From positions 38,652 through 102,651 of the forward strand of contig CAWJJC010000019.1 in assembly GCA_963843145.1 (NCBI GenBank): a stretch of DNA of 64,000 bases. Direction: 5' to 3'. The notes under the pieces are model-generated. The model saw nothing but the letters and a program-made list of their open reading frames with translations. It was not told the DNA's origin and searched no databases. Of the stretch, positions 19,075 through 28,326 are shown piece after piece; within the stretch, counting starts at the first letter, position 1; each line of letters begins with the position of its first letter. The position numbers were made by a program, and so were the translations under genes. Origin of the DNA: an uncultured delta proteobacterium (GTDB lineage: Bacteria; Desulfobacterota; RBG-13-43-22).

Positions 19075-19929
19075 ATGAACCAAAAAAACCAAAAGAACGA
19101 AATCAACCAATTACGTTTGGCTTGGTTCACCACCGCCCGGGACCGGGCGGCTTGGGACCTGCTCCAGGCGGCCTGGAACAAGAAGAAGGAAGGATTTTAT
19201 AACCTGTCCATTCCAGTGGTGTTCGTCAGCCGGGAGCGGGGAGAGAGCCCGGCCAGTGACCTTTTCATGGATTGGGCGGAAGCACAGGGTTTGAAAATAG
19301 AGGCCATTTCCGCCCGCCGATTCCTGCCGGAGCTTCGAGAAAAGGATTCCGGCGCTTGGCGGGAGGCATACGACCAAGAAATCGGGCATTTATTAAAAAG
19401 ATACCAATTCGACTGGGTCTTTCTGGCCGGGTACATGTGGATCGTCAGCCCTTTTCTCATCCGCCGGTATCGGATCATCAATCTCCACCCAGCGCCGCCG
19501 GGCGGTCCCAAAGGGACCTGGCAGGAAGTGATCTGGGAAACCTTACGGAAGCGCCTCACCGAGGCCGGGGCTCAGATCCACCTGGTCACGGAAGCGCTCG
19601 ATGAGGGGCCTCCCTTGACCTATGTGACTTTCCCTTTAAATACAACTGAATGGGCTCCCTGGTGGCGTGATTTGAAAGAAAAAGTAAATCGGAAAGGTTG
19701 GCCCGCCATTCAGAAAGAAGAGGGGGAGGGGGGACCTCTTTTCACCAAAGTTCGGGCCAGGGAACTCGATTTGGAATTTCCATTGATCCTCTGGACCCTG
19801 AAAACCCTACAATCCGGGAGGCTGAAGGTGGAAGGAGGCCGAGTGATCTGGGACAAGAAATGGCTTCGGGGGGGGTATTGTTTGAACAGGGAGGTCCTGG
19901 GCGAAAAAGGAGAAAGGCTGTTGGCCTAA
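19075..19929 (+). CDS. Formyltransferase, PurN (GAR transformylase)-like long form
   Basis: LAGYMWIV, INLHPA, HLVTEALDEGP. Confidence 0.8.
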   Translation: MNQKNQKNEINQLRLAWFTTARDRAAWDLLQAAWNKKKEGFYNLSIPVVFVSRERGESPASDLFMDWAEAQGLKIEAISARRFLPELREKDSGAWREAYDQEIGHLLKRYQFDWVFLAGYMWIVSPFLIRRYRIINLHPAPPGGPKGTWQEVIWETLRKRLTEAGAQIHLVTEALDEGPPLTYVTFPLNTTEWAPWWRDLKEKVNRKGWPAIQKEEGEGGPLFTKVRARELDLEFPLILWTLKTLQSGRLKVEGGRVIWDKKWLRGGYCLNREVLGEKGERLLA

Positions 19930-20010
19930 AAGACGATAGGCGTTTTAGTCGCGAACACTACAGATAACGGCGGATAAAAGGTGGGGGAAAACATATGAGC
20001 CTTGCCGGTG

Positions 20011-20122
20011 TGTCATCCTCAGCCTGGCGAAGGATCCCCCTATCAGCCTATGTCCCGTGCTTCGCCAGCCTCAAAAGCCGGACAGGGGGATTCTTCAGTC
20101 GTTTCACTTCTTCAGAATGACG
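20011..20122. repeat. GTCAT-type palindromic element between convergent genes
   Basis: TGTCATCCTCAGC...GAAGGATCCCCC...GGGGGATTCTTC...CTTCAGAATGACG. Confidence 0.6.
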
Positions 20123-20153
20123 GGTTGGCCTTCCCTCCTTTTCCTTGATGTAT

Positions 20154-21239
20154 CTATCCTAATTCTCCAATCAATTCTCCTCGCACTACCTTACGGAATT
20201 GAGAGCTCTTCCGAATGACCTCGGGCCGGTTTTCGGAGGAAAGGACGAAAAGCTCTGCAGGGAAGGACTGGCCCGGGGAAAACAGGTCAGCTACCCAATC
20301 CTTCCCGATCCCCATCTCAATGAGCCGATTCCGGGTCCAGTTTTCTGCCAGGTTCACGCACCCCCCTGTCCCTTCACGATCGAAGATCTCGGCTAGAACG
20401 GCCATGGGCAGGGTCGTGCCGGAGAGGCAGGCCATTTGAGCCTCTCTGACGGCATAGGCATTGCCGTTGATCGCCAGGGTTAAGCCGCCGGCGCGGTTGA
20501 CCTCCTGAAAAACCTGAACGTCCGTAATGCTGTCTCCGGCATAAAAAGCTTGAGACAGCGGCAGGCTATGGATGGCGGAAATCCTTTTAAGAGCCAGGGC
20601 CTTTTCCTCCCCGCCGACTGGGGTAATTTCGGTCAAAAGCCGGCCTATCCCCCAGGAGGAGATATCTTCCCAGAAAATCCGGTTTAGCCGTTCAATACAC
20701 TTTCGGTCACGGGCCTCGAGATCGTCCAGGCTCCCGGCTGCCTCCGACCAATCAAACGGCGGCAGGCCGGCGATTTCCTCTTCCAATTCTTTCAGTTTTC
20801 CTTTTTCCAAAGATGAAATAGGAAATTGATCCAGGGGCGCGGCCGTGGAGAAGGCCCTCTCTTCCGGATGGCCGATGGCCCGGCAGAGGGCGCGAATGTA
20901 CGGAGAATAGCTGGTGCTGATAATATAACAGGGCATCAGGTTGGAGATAAAGGCCAAGGTCTCCTGGGCTCGGGGTAGAAGGAGGATATGGTCTCGGGAA
21001 AACTCTTCCATGTCTTTTTCGGTCACCCCAAAGGCCTTGAAAAAAGGAAGGATCAGCTTCAGGGTATCCCCGGCCCGATAGCCCGGGCGCTTTTCCACAT
21101 CGGCTAAAAAATCATCATATTTGCTCACCCGGGAAAAGAAAAGCTCACCCCGAGGCAGGAAGTGGCCGGCCAATTCCATGGCGTTGTCATTTTTTGAGAT
21201 GGGACCTTCACAATCGGTGGCAAAAAATCGGTTCGGCAT
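20154..21239 (-). CDS. HAD-superfamily hydrolase-like protein (EhaR/COG4030-like)
   Basis: TDCEGP motif I, ISTSY motif II, YAGDSITD motif IV. Confidence 0.75.
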   Translation of the reverse strand: MPNRFFATDCEGPISKNDNAMELAGHFLPRGELFFSRVSKYDDFLADVEKRPGYRAGDTLKLILPFFKAFGVTEKDMEEFSRDHILLLPRAQETLAFISNLMPCYIISTSYSPYIRALCRAIGHPEERAFSTAAPLDQFPISSLEKGKLKELEEEIAGLPPFDWSEAAGSLDDLEARDRKCIERLNRIFWEDISSWGIGRLLTEITPVGGEEKALALKRISAIHSLPLSQAFYAGDSITDVQVFQEVNRAGGLTLAINGNAYAVREAQMACLSGTTLPMAVLAEIFDREGTGGCVNLAENWTRNRLIEMGIGKDWVADLFSPGQSFPAELFVLSSENRPEVIRKSSQFRKVVRGELIGELG

Positions 21240-21557
21240 GGTAAGATATCCCTGTGGAGGGTTCAGAGTTCGGAGTTCCGGGTTCAATAAAATCTAAATA
21301 AAAAGTATCTCTTAAGATTATATAAAATATTCGCTTGCGTTGGGAATAAAATTTATTTTTTTCCAGCAATTTGGTATGGTTTCAATTTAACAAAGTAATT
21401 GAATTTTTGTTTTGATCATTTGGGTTTTGGACCTTCGTGCTTGTTTCGAATTTCGTGCTTCGAATTTCGGATTTATAAGCCTTTTTGTTCAAATGGGAAC
21501 AATGAAAAATCCTCAGATTAAAACAATGCCAGCAACTATTCTTGCGAGGAGGATCCT

Positions 21558-22154
21558 TTGAGTCCGGAAAACGAAGCCCCTGAGAATATGGAAAATGTTG
21601 TCCCCCGAAAACAACGATTCAAACCCTCGATGCTGGAAGTAATGATCGGGAGTCTAATATTGTTGGGAATTTTTTATCTGGCCTACCTGGTCCTGAATAA
21701 GGATTCGGGCGATACCCGGGGAATGGAGGCCAGAGTCAAAGCCCTGGAAGCCAGGATTGATCAAAGGGGACTGGCGCTGGAGAAGGGGTTTGAAGGGATT
21801 AAAGAATCTTCCCGGCAAATGGAAGCCCGTATAAAGGCCTTGGAGGAACACCGGAAACAGGTGGACTCCCGGGTGGAGGGTCTGGCGGCTAAAGCGGCCC
21901 CCGCCCCGCCTAAAGTCGCGTCAGAGGATAAGAGACCCCCCGCCCCGGCTAAAGCCGGGACGGAAGATAAGAAACCCGCCGTATCCGGCCCCGGGAAGGA
22001 AAAAATAACCCATAAGGTCAAAAAGGGGGAAACCCTGGGCTTCATCGCGAGGAAATACCGGGTTAGTACCCAGGACATCGTCCAGTGGAATAAACTGCCC
22101 CACGGCAGGGCCATTAGGCCGGATGATAAATTGATCATCTATGTCAAAAAGTAA
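21558..22154 (+). CDS. Membrane-anchored coiled-coil protein with C-terminal LysM domain
   Basis: TM helix, coiled coil, HKVKKGETLGFIARKYRVS...WNKL...IRPDDKL. Confidence 0.88.
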   Translation: MSPENEAPENMENVVPRKQRFKPSMLEVMIGSLILLGIFYLAYLVLNKDSGDTRGMEARVKALEARIDQRGLALEKGFEGIKESSRQMEARIKALEEHRKQVDSRVEGLAAKAAPAPPKVASEDKRPPAPAKAGTEDKKPAVSGPGKEKITHKVKKGETLGFIARKYRVSTQDIVQWNKLPHGRAIRPDDKLIIYVKK

Positions 22155-22240
22155 CCAAAGCCCCATGCCCGGGGGGTATCCTGAAGATCGAACGTCCAAC
22201 CTCGAATGAAAAACCAACCTCCATTCGGCAAACCAATACG

Positions 22241-22450
22241 ATGCCTCAGCCGACTGATCCCAAAAGATTAAGAAGAAGACCCCGGCGATCCTTTCAGTGC
22301 CATTGTTGCGGGAAAGGAGAGGAATTTTGCTGGGTCTGCCCCTGCGGTTTTCAGATCTGCCGCGGGTGCCTTAATGAAAACGCCTGGGGACTGACTTGCA
22401 ACGGCATAACCTGGACCTGTCCGGATTGTGGGGCGGACCGAGGATTTTGA
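22241..22450 (+). CDS. Small Cys-rich (zinc-finger-like) protein
   Basis: CHCC, CxCGFxxCxxC, CNGITWTCPDCG in 69 aa. Confidence 0.65.
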   Translation: MPQPTDPKRLRRRPRRSFQCHCCGKGEEFCWVCPCGFQICRGCLNENAWGLTCNGITWTCPDCGADRGF

Positions 22451-22452
22451 AT

Positions 22453-22511
22453 CGTTTATTTGGTTCATTTGGTTTGTTTGGTTGAACCCAAAAGATCAAA
22501 CCAAATGAACG
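22453..22511. repeat. 9-mer (GTTTATTTG/CAAATAAAC-type) inverted-array hairpin
   Basis: CGTTTATTTGGTTCATTTGGTTTGTTTGGTT ... AAACCAAATGAACG, starting 2 nt after the stop codon. Confidence 0.75.
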
Positions 22512-22630
22512 GCCGGTCTTTATCTTCTTTTTGTAGCATTCATACTCCCACAAATCGCATAGAAATTGGTTGACTTGTTCAGGTTTCTGAATACAATGGG
22601 GACCTATACGCTACAGGTTGCAATTTTTTT

Positions 22631-22843
22631 TCTCGCCCGTTCCCTTCGGTCACTCGAGTTCGCAGAGATCGCAGAGAAAGGCGAAATTTTAATTAAAAAT
22701 CGGTGAGAGACCGATTTTTAATAACACCTCAGGCCTCCGGCCGTTGGTGCGCGACAGCGCCGAGCCTGTTTTTTATTGCCGGCCCCTCACCGGCAATAAA
22801 AGAATGTCGTTTCTCTGCGTCCTCTGCGCGCTCTGTGAGAGAT
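22631..22843 (-). mobile_element. ~210-bp twin-hairpin element with 9-bp-periodic terminal arms (MITE-like), empty copy
   Basis: Colinear reverse complement of 40452-40659: same arms, same two hairpins, same GGAGGC(G/C)TGAG core. Confidence 0.7.
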
Positions 22844-22879
22844 TGTCTTTAGGATTAGCGTTTATTGGAAAAGGGCGAT

Positions 22880-23960
22880 ATGAACCAAGGGATCCTGATC
22901 ATCGACGATGATCTTAACTACACCCAAATCGTAAAGAAATTTTTGGAGGACCAGGGTTTTCGAGTTACTATTGGGGTCGATGGGGCCTCGGCCCTCCTGA
23001 TACTAAAGGCGGAGGTCCCCGAGTTAATCCTTTTAGACCTCAATCTGCCGGATACCTCCGGAGAGGAATTGCTGGCCAAGATCAGGGAAACCCATCCCGA
23101 TTGCGCGATCATCGTGATAACTGGTTACGGCGGCGAACAAGTGGCCGTAGAGATGATGAAGGCCGGGGCCATCGATTTCCTCTCCAAGCCCATTGAACTG
23201 AAGACCCTCCTGGAGTCTATTCACAACACCCTGAAATTGCGGAAAGCGCGACTTGAAGAACGGGTCGATGAAAGTTTGCCCACCTTAGAAAATTTTTTCC
23301 CCTTCCTGGCCCACGAGATCCGCAACCCCTTGCATGCCATCGGCGGGGCTTTGGCCGTGATCCAACGGCGCTCCGATTTAAAGGATGAACCTTTAGCGCA
23401 ATCCATCCGCATTATCAAGGAAGAGGTACACCATCTCAGTGAATTCGTTCAGGAATGCCTGGACTTCGTCCGTCCGCCCAATAAGAAACATTATACCGAA
23501 ATCGATATTAACGAAGTCCTGTCGCTGGTATTGAATATCGTTCAGCATATTTACGAGGAATACTCGTCCAAAATCAAGATTTGCCGTACGGCAACCCCGC
23601 AATTACCCAAGATCCTGGCCAATTATGAAGAGATCAAGCAGGCGCTGCTGAATATTGTGAAAAATAGTTATGAAGCCATGCTTGAAGAAGGGGGCGAATT
23701 GGAGGTTCAAACCTGTTTTCAGCCGGAGGACGGCGGGTGGGTTAAGGTCTTGTTTATCGACCAGGGCCAGGGGATCAAAAAGGAAAACCTGAAACACCTG
23801 TTCACCCCATTTTTTACGACTAAATTGAAAGGTACCGGACTGGGGTTGCCCATCTGTCATCGGATTATCGTGGATCGCCATCAGGGGCAAATTGCGCATT
23901 GAAAGTCAGGAAGGTCATGGTACCCGAGTAGAAGTCCGCCTGCCGATACGGCAGGCGTAG
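22880..23960 (+). CDS. REC-HisKA-HATPase hybrid histidine kinase (frameshift ~23890)
   Basis: N-terminal receiver domain, AHEIRNPL, N box, FTPFFTTK..GTGLGL; C-terminal ESQEGHGTRVEVRLP in a shifted frame. Confidence 0.88.
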
Positions 23961-23990
23961 CTATTGATAGCTCCGCAAAAAGGCCGAAAC

Positions 23991-24037
23991 TGTCATCCTG
24001 AGCCCCGCTTGGTCATCCTGAGCAAAGCGAAGGATCT
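23991..24037. repeat. GTCAT-type palindromic element
   Basis: TGTCATCCTGAGC twice, then AAAGCGAAGGATCTC. Confidence 0.55.
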
Positions 24038-24096
24038 CTGTCTTCTGCGCGGGGTAGACTCCGCGCAGGAATTTTTGCGAGCACAATATCACTAGA

Positions 24097-25483
24097 ATGA
24101 AGCCGACCCTATTAGTTGTCGATGACGATCCTAACGCCCTTTTCGGGATCAGCCAACTGCTGATCGGACGAGGGCTATCAGGTGCTTTCGGCGAACAATG
24201 GCCGGAAGGCCTTGGAGATCTTGAAGAACTCGCCGATCGATGTGGTGGTAACAGACGAGAAGATGCCGGATCTTACCGGCATGGGACTCCTCTCCCGGAT
24301 GCAGCAGGGGGAAAGAAAGCCCCCGGTCATCTTGATCACCGCTTACGGTTCGGTTTCGCTGGCCGTAGAGGCTCTGAAGAAGGGGGCCTTTTACTTCTTT
24401 GAAAAGCCTATATTCAACAACTTAGACCAGTTTTTAGCTATTGTTCGCCAGGCCGTAAAGTCCCAGGCCATGGCCCGGGAACTGGCCTCCCTCCGGCGGG
24501 AGGTGATCGAAAAATATTCCTTTCCGAACATTATCGGACGGCATCCTCTAATGCAGGAACTCTTCGAGGTCGTCGGCCGAGTGGCCCAAACCGAAAAGTC
24601 GGTACTGATCGAAGGAGAGAGCGGGACCGGCAAGGACTTGATCGCCCGGACTATTCATTTCAACAGCCTGAGGCGTGACCAGCCCTTGGTCTCGGTGAAC
24701 TGCGGGGCCTTGACCGAGACCTTGTTTACCAGTGAACTTTTCGGGCATACCAAGGGGGCTTTTACGGGGGCGGTCAAGGATTCCATCGGTCGGTTTCAGG
24801 CCGCCGAAGGGGGCACGCTCATCTTCGAGGAGATAGGAGAAATTCCTTATAACCTTCAAAAAACCTTACTTCGGGTACTGGAAGAAAAAGAGTACGAGCG
24901 GGTGGGCAGCAGCCAGCCGATCAAAATGGAGGCGCGTATCCTCTCGACCACCAACCGCAGCCTCCGGGAAGAGGTGGCTAAGGGAAATTTTCGGGAGGAC
25001 CTTTATTACCGGATCAGCGTGGTCCCATTGAGAATCCCGCCTTTGAGGGAAAGGGCTTCCGATATCCCTTTATTGGTCCATTATCTCTTGAAAAAGTTTC
25101 AGGAAAAGGAGGAAACGGTCAGGGTTGAGCCGGTCGTATTAGAAAAACTGAAAGGCTACCCCTGGCCGGGCAATGTGCGGGAACTGGCCAATGTGGTCCA
25201 GCACATGATGGTTTTTTGTCGGGAAAACATTATTTCCTTAGAAGATCTGCCGCCTTACCTGACCTCAGGAGAGGCCGCTGATTTGGAGCCGGCTGCCGGA
25301 AAAATTCAACTGATGAAGATGGTTTCCGAATTGGAACGGAGATGGATCCTTTCGAAGTTGAAGGAATCCAATTGGAATAAGGAGAAGGCCGCGCAGCTTC
25401 TCGGCTTGACCCGCAAGATGCTCATGAACCGGATGGCCAAACATAAAATTAAGAATCCCACGGAGGCTCGTCCCCGGGCGTAA
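24097..25483 (+). CDS. NtrC-family sigma54-dependent response regulator (frameshift ~24160)
   Basis: REC domain (MKPTLLVVDDD), GESGTGKD, GAFTGA, FREDLYYR, WPGNVREL, C-terminal Fis HTH. Confidence 0.92.
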
Positions 25484-25486
25484 TCC

Positions 25487-25502
25487 TGGCAATAAAATTG
25501 CA
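25487..25502 (+). promoter_or_regulatory. Sigma54 (-24/-12) promoter candidate
   Basis: TGGCAATAAAATTGCA, GG-N10-GC. Confidence 0.6.
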
Positions 25503-25625
25503 TATTTTTTTATGTTAGACACTTATTTCCGGAGCGGCGCCTCGAAGCATGAGATGATTAGTTTTGTACTTAATTAGCCCATTGGGGAATTTTTCCAGGG
25601 GTATATTTCCCGAAGGGCGGAGTGG

Positions 25626-25696
25626 TTTTGTGTTGCGGGTACCTCCCCGCAACGCAAAAAAATTCTTCTCTGTGATCTCTGAGTCTCTGTGGTGAA
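25626..25696 (+). repeat. Right half of twin-hairpin/9-mer element
   Basis: TTTGTGTTGCGG-GTACCTCC-CCGCAACGCAAA hairpin, then TTCTCTGTGATCTCTGAGTCTCTGTGGTGAA. Confidence 0.6.
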
Positions 25697-25741
25697 GGTG
25701 CTAATAAAATGTTTTTAACTATCCTTTGAAGGTGTCGACCG

Positions 25742-26611
25742 TTGATCCAGTCCGAAAATTCTCTGTTGCTGGTTGATCCTTACAAAAACCTCCTCCATGC
25801 CTACCGGATTCTATTTGAGCAGGTCGGCCTGCTGGTGGAAACAGCGGTAAATCTGGAAGAGGCTCGGAGGAGCCTGAAGGATAAGGAGTATGCCCTGATT
25901 ATGGCGGACTTGTTCCTCCCGGATTTTGAGGGGTTGAATTTCTGGGAGGAAATAAAAAAAGGCCATCCCGAAACCTATCTTATCCTGATGACCGATACTT
26001 CGGTGGACGAAGAGGGATATGAGCGCATCTTAAACTCCGGCGTCGATGAACTAATTATCAAACCTTTTTCCCCGGAAAAGCTCCTGGTCCATATCCGCCG
26101 GGGATTGCAGCACCGGGCTTCGATCCTCAAGCAGAAAAAAATGGCCCTGTTGGATCCGATCTGCGAATCCCCGGATTTGTCCGTTCTAAACCAGGATTAC
26201 TTCAAAAAGTGTTTTCGCCAGGAATTAAAACGGGCTCGCAGGCATCAGGATCCCCTTTCCTTGGTGATTATCAAGGCCAATACCTTTGATACGGAACGGG
26301 ATGGAAAAAAGGATTTTCTGAAGGAGTTGGCCCAATTGTTAAGGTCATCTACCCGGGAGGAAGATGTCATTGGCCGGGAAAACGGCGGATTCGGGATCCT
26401 TTTATATAAAACCGGCCACGAGGGGTCCCGGGTTCTAGAACAGCGACTAGCCAATCTTATTCAAAATCATCGCCCTTTCCAGTCGGAGAGGCTCCAGTCC
26501 CTGGTTGAGAATTTGGAGATTCAATCATTTACCTACCCGGAGCTGTGGAAAATCCCCGAACCCTTCTCCCGGATCGCCAGCGACCTGAACCAGGGAATTC
26601 CATTCCATTAA
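25742..26611 (+). CDS. Receiver domain plus degenerate GGDEF domain protein
   Basis: REC-like N-terminus (..KPFS), ELKRARRHQDPLSLV, REED I-site, RENGGF in place of GGDEF. Confidence 0.75.
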   Translation: MIQSENSLLLVDPYKNLLHAYRILFEQVGLLVETAVNLEEARRSLKDKEYALIMADLFLPDFEGLNFWEEIKKGHPETYLILMTDTSVDEEGYERILNSGVDELIIKPFSPEKLLVHIRRGLQHRASILKQKKMALLDPICESPDLSVLNQDYFKKCFRQELKRARRHQDPLSLVIIKANTFDTERDGKKDFLKELAQLLRSSTREEDVIGRENGGFGILLYKTGHEGSRVLEQRLANLIQNHRPFQSERLQSLVENLEIQSFTYPELWKIPEPFSRIASDLNQGIPFH

Positions 26612-26859
26612 TACATAGGGTTCAGGGTGTCGGGTGTAGAGGGTAGTTGCTTCCCTCTTCCATCTTCTCTCCCTTTTGGTACATCTATTTAACAAGTTGT
26701 TATAATTTAATTTTTTTATCACCCTGTCCCTTTTTGTCATTTCTTTGACCCCTGTGGGCTGGAGACTCCCACTATTTGGCCGGGATATTAATGCTGCAAT
26801 AAAAATAACACTAAATAAATTCAGTTAGATAAATACAATAGAGGCCAGGTTTGTCGAGT

Positions 26860-26875
26860 TGGCATATCTTTCGCA
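26860..26875 (+). promoter_or_regulatory. Sigma54 (-24/-12) promoter candidate
   Basis: TGGCATATCTTTCGCA, GG-N10-GC, ~55 nt before the 26930 ATG. Confidence 0.5.
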
Positions 26876-26929
26876 TGCCACAATTAGTTGTGCTATTTTT
26901 TGGAATAATTCCCGAAAAATGAGGCTTTT

Positions 26930-27313
26930 ATGAACCACAGTGCCAAAGCCATCCTCATTCTGGACGATGAAGCGCCTGTTTCCTGGGCGCTCAAGTCAAT
27001 ACTGGGCATGGAAAATTACCAGGTCTTCACCGCCTCGACCCTGGAGGAAGCCGGTCCTATTTTACATGGGGAGGCCCTCTCCGGCGTGATCACCGAATAC
27101 CGGCTGGATCGAGATTATACCGTTGAAACCATAAAGAAATTGAAGGAAACCCTGCCGGATCTCTATGTCATGATGCTCACCAATAACGAGGTCGGTGAGC
27201 GGGAATACGAGGAGATAATCCGCGCCGGTGTGGATGATTATTTTTTAAAACCTTTCTCCTTCAACCGGATTTTACTTCACCTGGAAAAGGGACTGAAAAG
27301 GATGACTTGTTGA
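26930..27313 (+). CDS. Single-domain response regulator (phosphoacceptor Asp apparently replaced by Glu)
   Basis: ILILDDE, VITEY at the acceptor position, MLT, KPF. Confidence 0.8.
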   Translation: MNHSAKAILILDDEAPVSWALKSILGMENYQVFTASTLEEAGPILHGEALSGVITEYRLDRDYTVETIKKLKETLPDLYVMMLTNNEVGEREYEEIIRAGVDDYFLKPFSFNRILLHLEKGLKRMTC

Positions 27314-27641
27314 TATTAATACGAAAATAGGTATCAAGGCGTATGGCATACGGTACAAGGTATAAGGTGCAAGGTGCGGGAGGGGACTTCGGCGTGAGCC
27401 CTTCGGCAGTGACCTCTTCGGCTTTGAGCTTGTCGAAAAGGCTCAGGTCGAACTGCTCAGTCGAACGATTGAGGGGTGGGGGGACTCGGAATTTTTGTGC
27501 TTCCCGGGTGCCGGAGGGCCATGGGGAAAAAGATGAAGAAACAGAAATAGGTGTTCTCTGCTCGGCAAGGGAGGGTTTTTCATTCGAGGTTGGACGTTCG
27601 AGGTTCAATGTTCATTTATTAGTTATAAGGAGAGGTTAACC

Positions 27642-28256
27642 ATGAAATGTTGGAAAAGGAAATTCATCGGGTTCTTACTCCTATCGCTGTTGACTTTGCC
27701 GGTTTATGCCCAGGGACCCCAACCCGGACCCCCGGCGCCGCCCGGCCAGGGGCAGCCGTTGGTAGACAGCGACAGCTATGTGATTGGACCGGAAGATGTG
27801 CTGGATATTTTTGTCTGGAAGGAAACCGAACTCTCCCGCAAGGTCCCGGTCCGGATGGACGGTAAGATTACCCTTCCCCTGGTCGGGGAAATGAAAGCCG
27901 CCGGCCTGACCCCGCTAAAGTTAAAGGCGGAATTGATCGATAAGCTAAAAGCGTACGTGGATGTACCGAATGTCACGGTGACCGTGATGGAGGTCAACAG
28001 CTTTAAGGTGTACATTTCCGGCCAGGTGGCCAAGCCCGGGGTGTACCCGCTGAGATCCGAGACCACCATTTTACAATTTATTTCTTTGGCCGGCGGGTTT
28101 ACCGAGTGGGCCAACCAGCGCAAGATCCTCCTGATCCGCAAGGAACAGGGGAAAGAAAAGCGTTTTACCATCAATTATAAAAATATCGTTTCCGGCGACG
28201 ATCTCAGTCAGAATTTAGTCCTTAAGCCGGGGGACACGATCATTGTGCCGGATTAG
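27642..28256 (+). CDS. Polysaccharide export protein (Wza/GumB-like, Poly_export + SLBB)
   Basis: YVIGPEDVLDIFVW, VRMDGKITLPLVG, GQVAKPG, LKPGDTIIVP. Confidence 0.92.
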   Translation: MKCWKRKFIGFLLLSLLTLPVYAQGPQPGPPAPPGQGQPLVDSDSYVIGPEDVLDIFVWKETELSRKVPVRMDGKITLPLVGEMKAAGLTPLKLKAELIDKLKAYVDVPNVTVTVMEVNSFKVYISGQVAKPGVYPLRSETTILQFISLAGGFTEWANQRKILLIRKEQGKEKRFTINYKNIVSGDDLSQNLVLKPGDTIIVPD

Positions 28257-28326
28257 GCGTACTGCGCAGAGCGCAGATGGAAGAGGGAAGAAGAAACAAT
28301 GCAAAATCCAAAAAAGGGGGGAGAGC

